The notes under the pieces: model-generated | Told to the model about the DNA's origin: nothing | Databases searched by the model: none | What the model saw: only the letters and a program-made list of their open reading frames with translations | Shown: piece after piece, positions 11,965 through 25,079 of the stretch | Position numbering within the stretch: the stretch's first letter is position 1 | How the letters are laid out: every line of letters starts with the position of its first letter | Position numbers and translations under genes: made by a program | DNA from: Octopus sinensis | Lineage: Eukaryota | DNA length: 64,000 nucleotides | Direction: 5' to 3' | NCBI RefSeq assembly: GCF_006345805.1 | Contig: NC_043000.1 | Span: 76,942,001-77,006,000, forward strand

Positions 11965-12515
11965 TAGGGTGTGATGGGTAAACTGTTGCCATTTTATATC
12001 TTTAATTTTGGGCATGCGCGTTACTTGTTTTTGAACAGAACCGCTATGCAATTCACTCTGCCAGAAATTCGGAAATGACAAGCTGTACTACTTCACATTT
12101 GTGAAATGCTAGAAGCTCTAATACGAACATGTACCAAGAGTGATAAAAATCTAAGATCCAGCCAACATCATGGTGTTTGGAGTGTTCACTAGTGATGGTG
12201 ATGTTATACCTCCATTCATCTTCCTACATGGCCTCAGACTCAACATGGAGGCCTACATCAAGTGTCTGAAGGAGGTAGTACTGCCCTGGGTCAAGAAAGT
12301 AGTTGCTGGAAGACCCTATGTCTGGCAACAGGACTCTGCACCATGCCACACAAGCAGGAGAATCCAGTTGTGGCTGTCAGACAATTTCTGCGGCCACATC
12401 ACCCTTAACATTTGGCCACATATCTCCTGACACTGCAACCCCCTTGATTATTATGTGTGGGGCACAGTTAAGCGAGAGACCAACAAAACTGCTTGTGACA
12501 CCAAAGATGAACTGA
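11965..12515 (+). mobile_element. maT (DD37D) Tc1/mariner transposon relic, internally deleted
   Basis: WQQDSAPCH...WPHIS*HCNPLDYYVWG, with 37 residues between the last two Asp; terminus AGGGTGTGATGGGTAAA next to TA. Confidence 0.85.
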
Positions 12516-12516
12516 A

Positions 12517-12557
<41 letters not shown>

Positions 12558-13764
12558 CACCATTGGCTTCAGCCATGGCCTCCAGACAACTTTGGAATCT
12601 CCTGCAACTCTTCTGGATGGTCTCTTTGCTTAAGTACTTAAGTTGGTGAATGCTGCCATAATCTCCTTGCCTTCAGTTCATATTTGGTGTTACAAAAGTT
12701 TTGTTGGTCTCTCGCTTAACTGGACCCTTCCGTCCAGCATTTGCCATGATAGATCGCTAGCCACTACACATTCTTCATTTTCTCTCCTTGTTTCTTTTTG
12801 TGTTCCTTTCTGTGGAAGAGCGTAGGCTTGAAATATTAAATACTTTTTCACTTCCCGAGCATTATACTAATACATCTGTTTGTTGTCTACAAAACCTGTC
12901 AGTCTTTTGTTTTTTTGTGAATTCTCCCTATATATACACACACACACACACATATATATATACAGACATCCATACATATCTATACATACATGCCTATATA
13001 TACATACATCATACATACTCCACCTGATGATTATATGCTACTTCACCTGATAAAAATTCTAACTGGGCCCCACCTGCAAGGTCATGCGCTGTTTACATTG
13101 TGATGAGAACAAAAGCGATGGCAAACTTTATTAAATATAATCACTCACAGGGGATCGTTAAATGTTCTTGTTCCTAACAACAAATATATGCAGTAGCAAC
13201 AACAACAGCCCCGCTATTGTTGTTTAGACCCAGGTTACACTGACTGAGCAAAACTACAGTAAAAAACATTTCAGCAATGATAATCTTGTCTTCTTGTGGG
13301 TAATATGTACCTAGCATATGGCCAATCTTCTTTAACGATTTTACTGCAGAGTGCAGATAAATCCACTCAAAATTTCATTAACTGCAGAGAGCAGATTTAC
13401 ATAGAAATCTACCTTTTACTGAGAAATCTCATGTTTGAAACTATTCTTTTTGGAGATATGTCAAGCTTACTGTGGCAATATGACTTGCAGAAAATATCAA
13501 TTCTACTTTTCAGTAAACATTTAACATCGTTATTAACAAAAAACTATGGAATTTAATTTCACAGCTGAAGGGTTAAATCAGCAGGGTGCAATATTATTAG
13601 GGAGCTGTGACTGGCTGCTAGACCCAACAGGTAGAAGGACTACTTGAGAAGCTTTTTCAAGGCCAGGTGAAAGACTTTAACTGTTTACACATCAGACCAA
13701 GACCCTTATATCATCTTCATCATCATAATGAATCAACAAAGAAGCTGTAACATATCTGCCTGGT

Positions 13765-14165
13765 CTGCTAGAAACAGTAGCAGAATTTCCTTCAAATCAC
13801 ACATTTTAACCCTTTAGTATTCAGGTTACTCTATCAAATGTAATGCATTTGATATTTACATTATTTTGAATTACTCATGTATTGTTTTGTAGCTTTGAGA
13901 TTTCAATGATATGACTCTTTACTTTAGGTATAATATTGTAGGGTAGGTGTAAGAGGCCTGATCTGGTTAGCTTGAGCATAAAACAAGAAGAATATTAGGG
14001 CTGGATATGGCTGGTTTAAATGCTAAAGGGTTAAACAAAGGAAGGAAGGATACCTTTGATAATGTGGTCCCAATGTATCTTTAAAAAAATTGGGATGGTC
14101 ATGTTTAGAATGTATTTGATCTTAGATTTGCTCAATCAAGGATAGCTTTGGGCTAAACAAAATCA
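13765..14165 (+). mobile_element. SINE-like family D (CTGCTAGAAA...GGGCTAAACAAC tail), interrupted by a MITE; other copies at about 5330-5460, 39550-39740, 39960-40100, 55900-56145
   Basis: Recurring blocks CTGCTAGAA, GATAATGTGG, GAATGTCTTTGAT and G(C/T)TAAACAA. Confidence 0.6.
13810..14030 (-). mobile_element. piggyBac-like MITE with TTAA TSD
   Basis: TTAA|CCCTTTAGTATT ... AATGCTAAAGGG|TTAA. Confidence 0.9.
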
Positions 14166-14499
14166 ACATAATGTTAATACTTTGACATGATGCATTAACT
14201 GCTGTCCTCACCACCACCACCACTACTACCATTTAATCATCAACTATAATTAAAATGATAATTGCACTCAGCAATCAACTCCTTTCCACGGCAATCTCCT
14301 TCAGCTGTTAATTTAAAATTACCTTTAATGGTGGGTATGTGCTGTATGGGTGTATGTGTATAAATATGTTAAGTTTAGTTAAGGAAGAAAGGGTGAGGGG
14401 CTGGGGAGATACCCAGACAGGCACAGAGAGCTTGCTCACAAGACCTTATCACATCTCAATCAAATCTCAGAGAGGTGATGATAAATAATAATAATAATA

Positions 14500-15058
14500 A
14501 ATGCCCTGATGCAGTACCAGGCAATGGCTCTCATGGTTTCTAATCTTAACTGATTGGAAGTGTTATCATGTACATTGTTTTGTCTTGGTATAAAAGATGG
14601 ACTACAGCAAATATTCTGCTCAATACCACAGATTTGCTTGTCAGTTGTTTGACCTTAACCAGTTGAGCATGTCCCTTAGTGGCTGATGATATGTGCATCT
14701 CTGATCACAAGCAGAAGTAGTGGGGGAGCATCATAGCCATGTGTTGAGAGGGATTCTTTGGGGTTTGAATAATTCACCTCTGGAAACTGGGTGTTTCGTT
14801 CAACATCCTTAAACAACCCTTATTCAAGGACCTTTTGAGCAGGATGGATTACTCAACCAGAAGAAAATTCTAACTGAGCCCCACCTGCATGATCATGTGC
14901 TGTTTATCTTGATATGAGATCACCATGTTGCGCACATATGGTTGTGATGCATGTGCCTGGTGTACCCTTATCAAATGGGTAGTCATGATGGGTATACTGG
15001 GCTTTGTATATTTTACCCCAGTGTCACTTTGATGGCATGCACTGCTCTCTCACTCAAT
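14500..15058. mobile_element. Interspersed repeat bounded by (AAT)n on both sides
   Basis: Flanking AATAATAAT runs; partial second copy at about 13045-13110 (AAAATTCTAACTGGGCCCCACCTGCA). Confidence 0.6.
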
Positions 15059-15074
15059 AATATTAATAATAATG

Positions 15075-15230
15075 AGTGCAACTCCAGAAAACAGCATTAT
15101 TAAAGACAGCTAAGATACTTAGGAAGGTTCTTGGCATCTAAGGTTACTTGTAGTCTGATGTTAGGAATTTTTCTTTTTCAACAGCCTAATCTGTTGTGTG
15201 TGTATATGAAACATTATCATTATTATTATC
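15075..15230 (+). mobile_element. R4/Dong-like non-LTR retrotransposon 3' end
   Basis: QLQKTALLKTAKILRKVLGI* matches the conserved C-terminus of restriction-like-endonuclease LINEs; short UTR then ATT repeats. Confidence 0.7.
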
Positions 15231-15235
15231 ATTTT

Positions 15236-16100
15236 AAGGTTGTGAGCTGGCAGAATCATTAGCAAGCTGGATGAAATACTTAGTGGTATTTCACCCAATG
15301 CTATGTTCTAGGTTTAAAATTCTGCTGAGATTAACTTTGCCTTTCATCCTTTCGCAGTTGATAAATTAAGTACCAGTGAAACACTGGGGTCGATATTATC
15401 AACTAGTCCCTTCCTCCAAATTTCAGGCATTGTGCCTTTAGTAGAAAGGATTATTATTATCCTCATCATTTAAATAAAAGCAGCGAACTTCACAGAATCA
15501 TTAGCATGCCAGGTAAAAGGCTTAGTGTCATTTCATCCATTTTTATGCTCCAAATTCAAACTTTGCCCTTCATCCTTCTGGGTTTGATAAAATAAGTACC
15601 AGTTGAGTACTGGGGCAATGTAATCGACTTAACCCTGCCCCCAAACTTGAAATCACCACCACCACCACCACCACCACCAGCATTACTACTACTATCATTT
15701 CTGATTTAGGTACAAACATTGTAATTTTGAGAGGAAGGGGTTCATTGTTACCACTGACCCAAGCACTTGACTGGTACTTATTTTACTGATATGAGCAAAG
15801 TTGCACTCAACAGGATTTGAAAGCAGAATACAAGTCAGAACAAATGCTGTAAGGCAATAATTTTGACCAATGTTCCAAAGCTTCTGCTAATCCATCACCC
15901 TAAATACTTCTTTCAAATGCAGGTATAAAACAAGAAATTTTGGGGAAGGGGAATAGTTGCCCCTAGTGTTCAACTGGTACTTATTTTATTGACCCTAAAA
16001 GGGTGATAAGCAAAGTTGATCTTGGCAGAATTTGAACTCAGAACATAAAGCTGAAGAAATGCGGTTAGGCATTTTATCCAGTGTGCTAACAATTGCGCTA
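15236..16100. mobile_element. Four SINE family B copies: two + (15236-15460, 15478-15650) and two - (15700-15900, 15905-16100)
   Basis: GAGCTGGCAGAATC head and CTTTGCCTTTCATCCTTTCG...GATAAA..AAGTACCAG core, which resembles the Meta/MESC SINE domain. Confidence 0.85.
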
Positions 16101-16590
16101 GTTAGGATAATAACTACACCATCATCACAAGTACCACCACTATCAATGAGAAACATTCATACAGCAAGTACTACACCACAAGCAAATACCTCTGCACCAA
16201 GACCTCATCACCACTACCACAACCACCTTCACCACCATCACAACAACAAATTGAAAAAAATATCATTAATTGTTCAAGAAGGAGAGAAGAGATCAATAAC
16301 TGTTGCATTGATGGTTCAGACTAATGCAATAGGGGGAGGGGAGTAATTGTGAATCAGAAAATATATTTTGTAGTTTGATTTCGATACACTACCCAATGGT
16401 TTTGTTCCAATTGTTAGTAAATGTACTTAAACATTTGTGATTAAGGAAAGATGAGGACATCACCGAAAACTTTATTCTCATGAAGCAGTTAAGGGAAGTG
16501 ATGCACTGGAGAATCTGCAATAGTGTCATCCGCATCTAAACAGCACTGTGTGTGTGTATGTGTGTGTGTGTGCGTGTGTGTGTGTGTCTT

Positions 16591-16623
<33 letters not shown>

Positions 16624-16627
<4 letters not shown>

Positions 16628-16945
16628 TGTAAAATCCGTTCCGTCTGTGTGTGTGTCTTCTCAGGTCTTGGGCATCCTCCATCTGATTGCGCTCAAATTT
16701 GATATGTAGATACCAACAGCATCAGGGTGTGTATAAGTCTTGAAAAAATTACAAAAATTGATTTCAGGTGAGAATGTGATCGATAAAGCCATTTTTTGTC
16801 CTGCTTGTCTTCCGTCAGCCTGTACATAACTGCACCTTCCATCTTTTGTTGTTTTTGTACTACTTAAAGGCACGTTTCTTTCCTGCCAAGCTTACTGTTA
16901 AGACCATGTTTGTGTTCTCCCAGTCAACAGTCTTATCATTACTAG
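16624..16945 (+). mobile_element. Possible Helitron/DINE-like non-autonomous relic
   Basis: CCGTCTGTGTGTG...CTGATTGCGCTCAAATTTGATATGTAG layout is similar to the Helitron copies; CTAGT near 16945. Confidence 0.35.
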
Positions 16946-17330
16946 TACTTTAAACTCTTCGGTTGCATATTTGTGTGAATAAAATCGTTTTTCTTTGGAA
17001 TAGAAAAAAAGTCTATCTTTATTTCTTCTTTTCTCAAATTTAGGTTAAATCAGTGTTTCTCAAAGGAGAAGCCTATGGGACGGTCGGACAAATTGTTTTG
17101 AGAAAATATGTGCGTGTGTATACATGTAAATAAACATACACATATGTATGAATTTGAATGTCTTTAAATAGAAACCGCTGTATGCAAATTTTTATCCATT
17201 TTCTTCATTTTCTTATTTAAAAGAATATATATATGTATATATATAGTAGAAATATGTTACGAAAAGAAAATATAAAATACACGTGGAAATGTAAGGGTAA
17301 AATATGAAAAATCAACGAAAATGCATATTG

Positions 17331-17373
<43 letters not shown>

Positions 17374-18045
17374 TTATGTATATATGTAAGCATGCATGTG
17401 TGAATGTCTACACATGTATGTATATATATATTATGCATATCCATATAATGTATATGTGTATGCAAATGTATATACATTACACAAACCAAATGACGTTATT
17501 GTCTTCATGGTTTTCTAAATCTTTGTACTGTGTAAATCTGCTCTGCTAATATAAGAATATCTATATTTTTATACATGAATGTTCATCATCTGAATATCTT
17601 CAGTATTTGTCTCTCTCTATTTACATGTATATATGTATGTATATTTTATATATCTAGCCCATGTGGTTTTATTTGTTTTATTTGCTCATTATCTCCATAT
17701 CTGTTTACCTGGATTCCTTTTATAGCCACTCTTTATCCCACAGACTTAATCCTCATTAAAGAGTTCAGAGTATAAGTTCAAATTATATGATTGCAACTGT
17801 TTTCTATATTGAGCATCTTTGGATCTCATCTGCTTAATCTATAGCCTCAGCTTGGCTGAGTGCTACCTATAGATTACACTCATGGATAAACAATTCTTGG
17901 GCATATCTACAAAGAATATCCTAGTCCCACCAAGGGATCTCTACATGCAGCTTTTACTACAGAAAACAAATGACCTTATTCTCCCCTTAGCTTTCTGTAT
18001 CTTTGTACACTGTGTAAATCTGTTCTGTTAATATATAAATCTCAC

Positions 18046-18285
18046 CATCATCATCATTTAACGTCTGCTTTCCATGCTGGCATGGGTTGGACGGTTTGAC
18101 TGAGAACTGGCAAGCCAGAAGGCTGCATCTGGCTCCAATCTGACCTGGCAAGGTTTATACAGCTGGATGCCCTTCCTAACACCAACCACTCCGAGAATGT
18201 AGTGGGTGCCTTTTATGTGCCACCAGCATGAGGGCCAGTCAGGTAATACTGGCATCAACAATGTTTGAATGGTGCTTTTTACATG
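18046..18285 (-). mobile_element. RTE-tail element, 3' fragment; other copies at 47243-47490(-), 42990-43040(-), 19270-19395(-)
   Basis: CATCATCAT-TTAACGTC...CATGGGTTGGACGG...CAGCTGGATGCCCTTCCTAAC. Confidence 0.85.
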
Positions 18286-19537
18286 CTTATATATATATAA
18301 TCCAAAGAAAATAGGGATGAAAACATCCAATCTTTCACTGGCTCCATTATTAAATACCCAATTTTGCAGAGAAAACCTTAGAAATTACATGGGTATATAT
18401 TAAATTAATAAAAATGAATAGAAAATGGAGATGTACATAACAATTGTCAACTCAAAAGCTAAAATCTAAAATTCACCAGCACAATACCAAATTATTTATT
18501 CCTTTGCAATAATATAACATAATATAATAAATAAATATTAAATACAAATTACATACAATTGCTTTGGCTCCCATGCATAACAGAATTACAAAAATCCATT
18601 GTTGTGGGCAAGAATCTCCTCAGTGTAACTTTCCACATATGAGGATTCACAGATCCAAGAAAAGACTGAATTCATTATTTTCTTGGATTGGTAAATATAT
18701 CTATATATTTATACAGAGCAGATTTACAGAGTACAAAAATACAGAAAACTAAAGGCAGAATAAAATCGTTTGATTCCTGTAGTAGAATCTTCCCTTCTAG
18801 CACTTTCTTGGGCATGACCAAAAATGATACGTACAGAGTATAAACATACATATATCATATACTTATACATATGTGCACATTTATACAATATACACACCTG
18901 ATGCATGTGAGAGTGAAGCTGTGTATCCTAGTGATTAAAGAGTTCAACTCACAATCTTGAAGTCATGGGTTCTATTCCCAGGGGAGATATTCACTTCATC
19001 TCATACTGCACGCAGCTGAAATAAGTACCAGCAGTAGCTGGAGGTTAAAGTTGCAGCAGCCTGGGAATATGAGACAAGGCCCAACTTAATGAATGTAAAA
19101 ACTCAAGACAGACCGGTATTGATCATGGCCAGAGTGCGTTTGATTGTAATTCTGTACAATCAGAATTTATCTAAAGTTGAACAAAGCAGCAACCTTTCTC
19201 TTTGTAGTCTTTGAGACTCAGCTAAAATGTCATGGCATTATTCACCTACTTCCCCTCCTTTTCTGATTGAGCCACAATCAGATTGGTGGTTCTGCTCACC
19301 TGGATGGGCCAGAGGACCATATCTCATTTGTATGTTTTATTTTTGGTTAGGTTTCTATAAGGCTGGATGCCGTTCCTAACACCAGCCACTTTATATATAT
19401 TGAATTAATCTCTGAGTCACAGTTAGCTTAAATCCAATCCCCACCTGACCCACCCAACTGAGGGAGGTGCAGTAAACAAGAATCATGAGTGCTGCCCAAA
19501 CCCTAAAAGAATAAAAGAAATAAAAGTAAATAATTAC

Positions 19538-19594
19538 CAAATTGTCATGTGTTTCATCAATATCTATAACTTCTTCATTGTTGGCCTGGTTCAG
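19538..19594 (-). CDS. Candidate 57-nt phase-0 exon (LNQANNEEVIDIDETHDNL)
   Basis: Branch point CCTAAC (19618-19623), acceptor tctattccag, donor G|gtaatt; only one frame is open. Confidence 0.45.
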
Positions 19595-20879
19595 CTGGAA
19601 TAGACAACAACAACAATGTTAGGATATTGATGTAAAAGTTTATTTCAATTGTTTATGTATATGTAAACAAAAATAAAGCAACAACATATAAACAAACACA
19701 CAGTAGCAACAATAACAGCACAGCTTGAAAAAGAAAAAAAAAAACAATCAGAAAGCTCCTAATATACCATCATGTGTGTGCGAGTGTGTGTGTGTCCCCA
19801 AACACACACACATGTATATGTATGAATGTACTCTTAAATTAGATCTAGGAAATTATTAATATGGTTCACCATGCTTTTCTTTTTAAATGTTATAACTAAT
19901 GCAGAAAAAGTTTTTGGTCCTACAAAATAAGCATTTCTATGAAGGTAATAGATATAAAATATTCTTTAATAGACATTTAATGAAAGTTGGCCATCATTGC
20001 AGTCTGAAACCCCACCCCACCCAACCCCAAACAGACTATTCAAGACCCTTTTTGCAGAAATCCAGATCAAGCAAGCAATGTTAAGTCAGTTGTATATGAA
20101 GCCAAAGCCACTATAAGCAAAGATTTTATAGTTACAAGCCATTATTAAAGTATGCTGACAAAAGAAATATCACAAAATTAGGAAACCAGAAACGGAAAGT
20201 GGGAGACAACATTAATTTCAGCAACAAAAAGATGGTTCTTGAGAGATCAAAGTTAGGTAGGAATAGATTAAAGAAACACAGCCTCTGTGTAGCAGAAGGA
20301 ACACACATCCTGCTAAAGTTGAAAAGCCACAACTATTTAAATACCGTGCACACATACACATACATTGTTTTTACTGAAGCTGAAAATCCTCACAAACTGT
20401 TAATTTGAATTTCATGTAACCAATCATTAGACAAGTGAACTTGTGGAACAGTACAACGGTTTATAAAAGGTGCAATAAGAATTATTTTGTAAATTATCAC
20501 ACACACACACATATATAGAAAGACAGACAGACACACACTCATATACTTGGTGTATGCAATTGAAACAGCATTAAATTATAAACATCATCAGTTTATCATA
20601 TTTAATGTAATACATACCATTGACAGGCATGATGTGATGTGGTTTTTGTCTAAGAGAAAATCTCACCATAGACCAGACTGAGATGAGTATCATCCCAGCA
20701 GTGACTCATGGGAATGCCAGACACATTTCACCCTTCTTGTGGCTTATCAATGACATACATCCAGTAGTCACAAGCCTACACAAAATCTGTCAAAATTCAC
20801 TATTGTGAAAAGCTTAGAAATTAACAGTTAGACTAAAATAAACTGTATTTGATTGAAACAACAATAAATTATAAATGCC

Positions 20880-21080
20880 ATCATCTTGTTTGTTAACTGA
20901 TATACCCTCCAGTCTTTATCAGGTTATCTTGGGGAAATTTCGAACCTGGGTTCTCATTCCTAAGGTATTTTTCGATGTTGTTGTTGTTGTTCTTATTTAT
21001 TATTCAGGTCACTGCCTGGAATCAAACTTGGAATCTTGACGTTAGTAACCCACGCTCTTAACCACTACGCCATATGCCCG
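20880..21080 (-). mobile_element. Short tRNA-headed SINE
   Basis: Minus strand reads TGGCGTAGTGGTTAAGAGCG (A box)...AGTTTGATTCC (B-box-like), then a non-tRNA tail. Confidence 0.7.
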
Positions 21081-21084
21081 CGAG

Positions 21085-24000
21085 CACGAGGGCCAGTCAG
21101 GTGGCACTAGCATCAACCACTCTTGAATGGTGCTTTTTACGTGCCACTGGCACAGGTGCCAGTCAGGTAGCACGCAATGCCCATGCTTAAATGGTGCTTT
21201 TTACGTGCCAATATGGGACCAGTCAGGCGGCACTGGTATCAACCATGCTTGAATGGTGCTTCTTTACATGCCAATCAGGTGTTACTGTCATTGGCCACAA
21301 CAATGACTTCACTTGCCTCAACAGGTCTTCACAAGCGCAGTTTATTGCCCAATCACTGAAGGGTACTATTAAGTGGACTGGTTATGCTGCACTGGCATAG
21401 GTTATAGTTACAGTCTCACTTGGCTTGTTGGGGTCTTCTCAAGCACAGCATATCTCCAAAGGTCTCAGTCACTTGCCATTGCCTTGGTGAGGCCCAATGT
21501 TTGAATGTCGAGCTTCACTACCTCATCTCAGGTCTTCCTGGGTCTATCTCTTCCATGGGTTCCCTATACTGCTAGGGTGTGACACTTTTTCACACAGCTG
21601 TCCTCATCAATACACAACACATGACCATACCAGTGCATTTGTCTCTCTTGCACACCACATCTGATGCTTCTTTTGTCGGACTTTTCTCTCAGGGCGCTTA
21701 CACTCTGTTGTGTATGAACACTGACATTACACATTCAGCGGAGTATACTAGCTTCATTCCTTGCAAGCTTACGCATGTCCTCAGCAGTCACAACCCATGT
21801 TTCACTGCCAAGTAGTATGGCGGTTCACACACAGGCATCACACCATCTACCTTTTACTCTGAGTGAAAGGCCCTTTGTCACCAGCAGAGGTAGGAGCTCT
21901 CTGAACTTTTCCCAGGTTATTCTTATTCTAGCAGCTACACTTTCAGAGCATTCACCCCTGCTACTGACTTGCTCACCTAGGTAACAGAAGCTATCAACTA
22001 CTTGTAGTTTTTCCTCCAGGAATGTGACAGAAGCTGTTTTCTGCACATTTTCAGTGTTTATTGCCCCTGAACATTTGCAACAAACAAAAACTATTTTCCC
22101 AGTTAGTCTTCCTTTGATATTGCTGCACCTCTTATGTGTCCATAGCTTACACTGGGTACATCTTATGAAATTTCTACTTATGTCTTTTCTACAGATTGAG
22201 TAGGGCCATCTACTGAAGGGATTTGTGGTTTGTCTGCCTTCCTACTTATTAAGACTTTAGTTTTTGCTAGATTGATTCTAAGGCCCTTTGATTCTAGACC
22301 TTGCTTCCACACCTGAAACTTCTCTAGTTCTGACAGTGACTCAGCTATTAGAGCAAGGTCATCAACATAGAGAAGCTCCCAGAGGCATCCTGTCTTGAAT
22401 TTCTCTGTTATTGCCTGAAGGACTATGATGAGTAAGAGGGGGCTGAGGACTGATCCTTGGTGGATCCCTACTCCTACCTGGAATTCTTCATTGTACTCAT
22501 TGCCAACCCTTACCTTACTGACAAGCATTCCTGTACATGGCTTGTGCAGCTCTCATTAACCACTCATCTATCCCTAGTTTCTGCACTAACCACCAGATAA
22601 GGGATTGGGGGGACCCTGTCAAAGCCTTTCCCCATGTCAACGAAAGCTAGGTATTTCTCCTGCAGATGTCTTACCAGAAATATAGCATCAGTGGTGCTTC
22701 TCGTCTGAACTGACTTTCTCCCTAATTAGTTGAGCTTTGATCCTATCACCTTATCCAACAACTTGATACCTCTGTAATTATTCGTATCTAGTGCATCACC
22801 TTCACCTTTGTAGCAGTCGACTATGGTGCTGCTACACCAGTCATTGGGTATGTATCACCATGTATCACCTGATTGACTATATGGGTGACTAGACTAAAAA
22901 CCGACATCACCAGATATTTTAAGAATCACTGCAGTGATTCCTGATAGCCAGAGTCTTTCCCTGTCTTCATACTCTTAATTGCTTTATCTACCAAGGTACT
23001 CTCAATTCAGATAGCTGGTCCCTCTGTTGGGTTGATATTTGGCAGGCTCTCTTTCTCCCTGTCATTCTCTTCATTCAGCAATTTTTCATCATGGAGTCTC
23101 TAAGTCTCTCTCTTTCCAGCCTCATTAAATGCAAGTGAGCCATCATCCATGCAGACACATTTCTCTCCTATGACATCATGATTCTCTCTCACACACTGTC
23201 TTGCAACATGAAACACTTTAAGTCTTTGGTCCTCACGACGCAGAACATTGGCAAATTTTTTCTTATCTGCTTCCCTTTTGGCTAAATAAACCTGTCTCCT
23301 AGCTTCCCTTCTGGCAGTCTGATACAATTCCCTATTACTACTATTCTTCCAGTTCTTCCATGCCTGTTTCTTTTCCCTAATGGCCCTGTCAACTATTGTT
23401 TCACCACCATGTTACCTTGGGTTGAGAGGGGACTTGCACCATCCACAGATCAGGTCAGTGACCCTGAATAGGTTGTCTTCTACATCATGTGATGCTATAT
23501 CCCCCTCTATTTAATCAAAAGCTTTGAGTAATAAGTCTCTAAATCTCTGTCCATTTGCAGGATCTTTAAGTTTCCAGACCCTTCTTCTCCATGCTGGTCA
23601 TCCATTTAGCCCTGATACTGAAGTTGCTAACTACTGATCTACGTTGTGGGGTGCATTCTTCACCTGGGAAGGTTTTGGTATTTATAAATAGCCAGCTTTC
23701 CCGTTTCCTGGCAAGGAGGTAATCAATTTGACTAGTGTGTCCACCAGTTCGGTAGGTGAATAGGTGACTGTACAAACTATAAGATCATTTGCATCACAGA
23801 ACTCCAGCAGCCTGGTTCCCTCCTCATTGTGGGAGCCAAAACCATAGCCTCCATGTACGCCATGGAAGCCCCCTGCATGTTGTCCAACATGCTCATTGAA
23901 GTCGCCAGCCACAAAGAGAAGGTCCCTGTCATTTGTCAACAAGGTAATCTGGCTGAGGAGCATAAGCCGAGATAATGGTTGCTAACCCATATTGTAGCAC

Positions 24001-24340
24001 TAATCTAATCTTAAGTATTCTATCACAGACTTTGACTACCTCGCTTACCTTATCAACCCGTTTCTCCGCAAGAAGTATACCCACGCCCCAACCCTGTCAG
24101 TGTTCCCTGGCCAGAAAATCTTGTTCCTGTGTTCTTTGCCTGTGAGGAACCTAGCAGAACTTCCTCTGCACCTTACTTCTTGGATGCAGCACAAATCTAT
24201 ACACGTCTCCTTTCAAGCATCTCAACAATCTCACCAGACCTACCTTTCAGTGTGTCAACATTAAGTGTGCCAACCCTGAGGGCATGGAAGGTGTGGGCCC
24301 ATGTGACCCTGGGGTGGGGAGAGCAGTGTCATGCACTTGA
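21085..24340 (-). mobile_element. RTE-clade LINE, near full length, APE endonuclease plus RT, many stops and frameshifts
   Basis: LRVGTLNV, AGDFN, SQIDY, GIHQGSVLSPLL, LLYVDDL and FCYLG motifs in collinear ORF fragments; tandem units of about 55 bp in the 3' UTR. Confidence 0.95.
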
Positions 24341-24562
24341 AAAGAATGCTTGCAGGTGGCAGAACTCAAACATACAATAACCTTCAACCTGCATACACTA
24401 CACCATAATTTTTATGCGTTACATAATCACTACATTACATAGAAGATAATCCTAAGTAGGGTTCGGGGAACATTAAGCTTTTGGAGGTGTTCATTGGAGA
24501 AACATCCAGTAGAGGTCAAAGGATAGACATTTCTGGTACTGGTGGGCACACTGTGAAACAGC

Positions 24563-24880
24563 AAAAACTCAGGCTTCCGGTGTGAGAGAATATCGATGGT
24601 AACAATGAGATAGAATTGGGCATTTGTATTCTTAACTAGAGCTATAAACAAAAGTTTTTGGTCAGCCAAACTGTGACAAAATTAGATAAATGAATTAATA
24701 AATGAGCGTGAAAGAGAGGGAGAAAGAGGGAGAGTTGGATCAAGTGAAGAGATCTTAAGTTTTTTTGTCTCTAAACATACATCTTGGAAGACGAAACTGT
24801 GTTTAGATAGATAGATAATGAAATAGATAGAATAATGAAATGAAATAATAGGTAATTATGATCTGTACTGAAAAAAGAGG
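24563..24880. repeat. Direct repeat of about 310 bp, copy 1 (copy 2 at 26068-26365)
   Basis: AAAACTCAGGC...GAGATAGAATTGGGCATTTGTATTCTTAACTAGAGC...TTATGATCTGTACTGAAAAAAGAG is present twice. Confidence 0.92.
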
Positions 24881-25079
24881 TTTAGATGTGTACTGAGGGA
24901 AAAACAAGGTTGCTTATCTGAACATCTTCTGGTTTTCTACTCCATTTGGGGAGGTGTTAAAATGGTAGGGGAATCTGAATGAGCTAGTTTATATGGGGTG
25001 GGGCAGCAGAGGTAAGGTGTTGGTAGAAGCAAGTGGTTATCAAAATAGAGAGAGAGAGAGAAAGAGAAAGAGAGAGTAT

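Noticed and set aside
18680-18830. Terminal exon of the minus-strand gene
   Set aside because: The sequence is an inverted copy of a repeat also at 17485 and 17965
21010-21080. tRNA gene
   Set aside because: A and B boxes are present but there is no complete cloverleaf, and it continues into a SINE body
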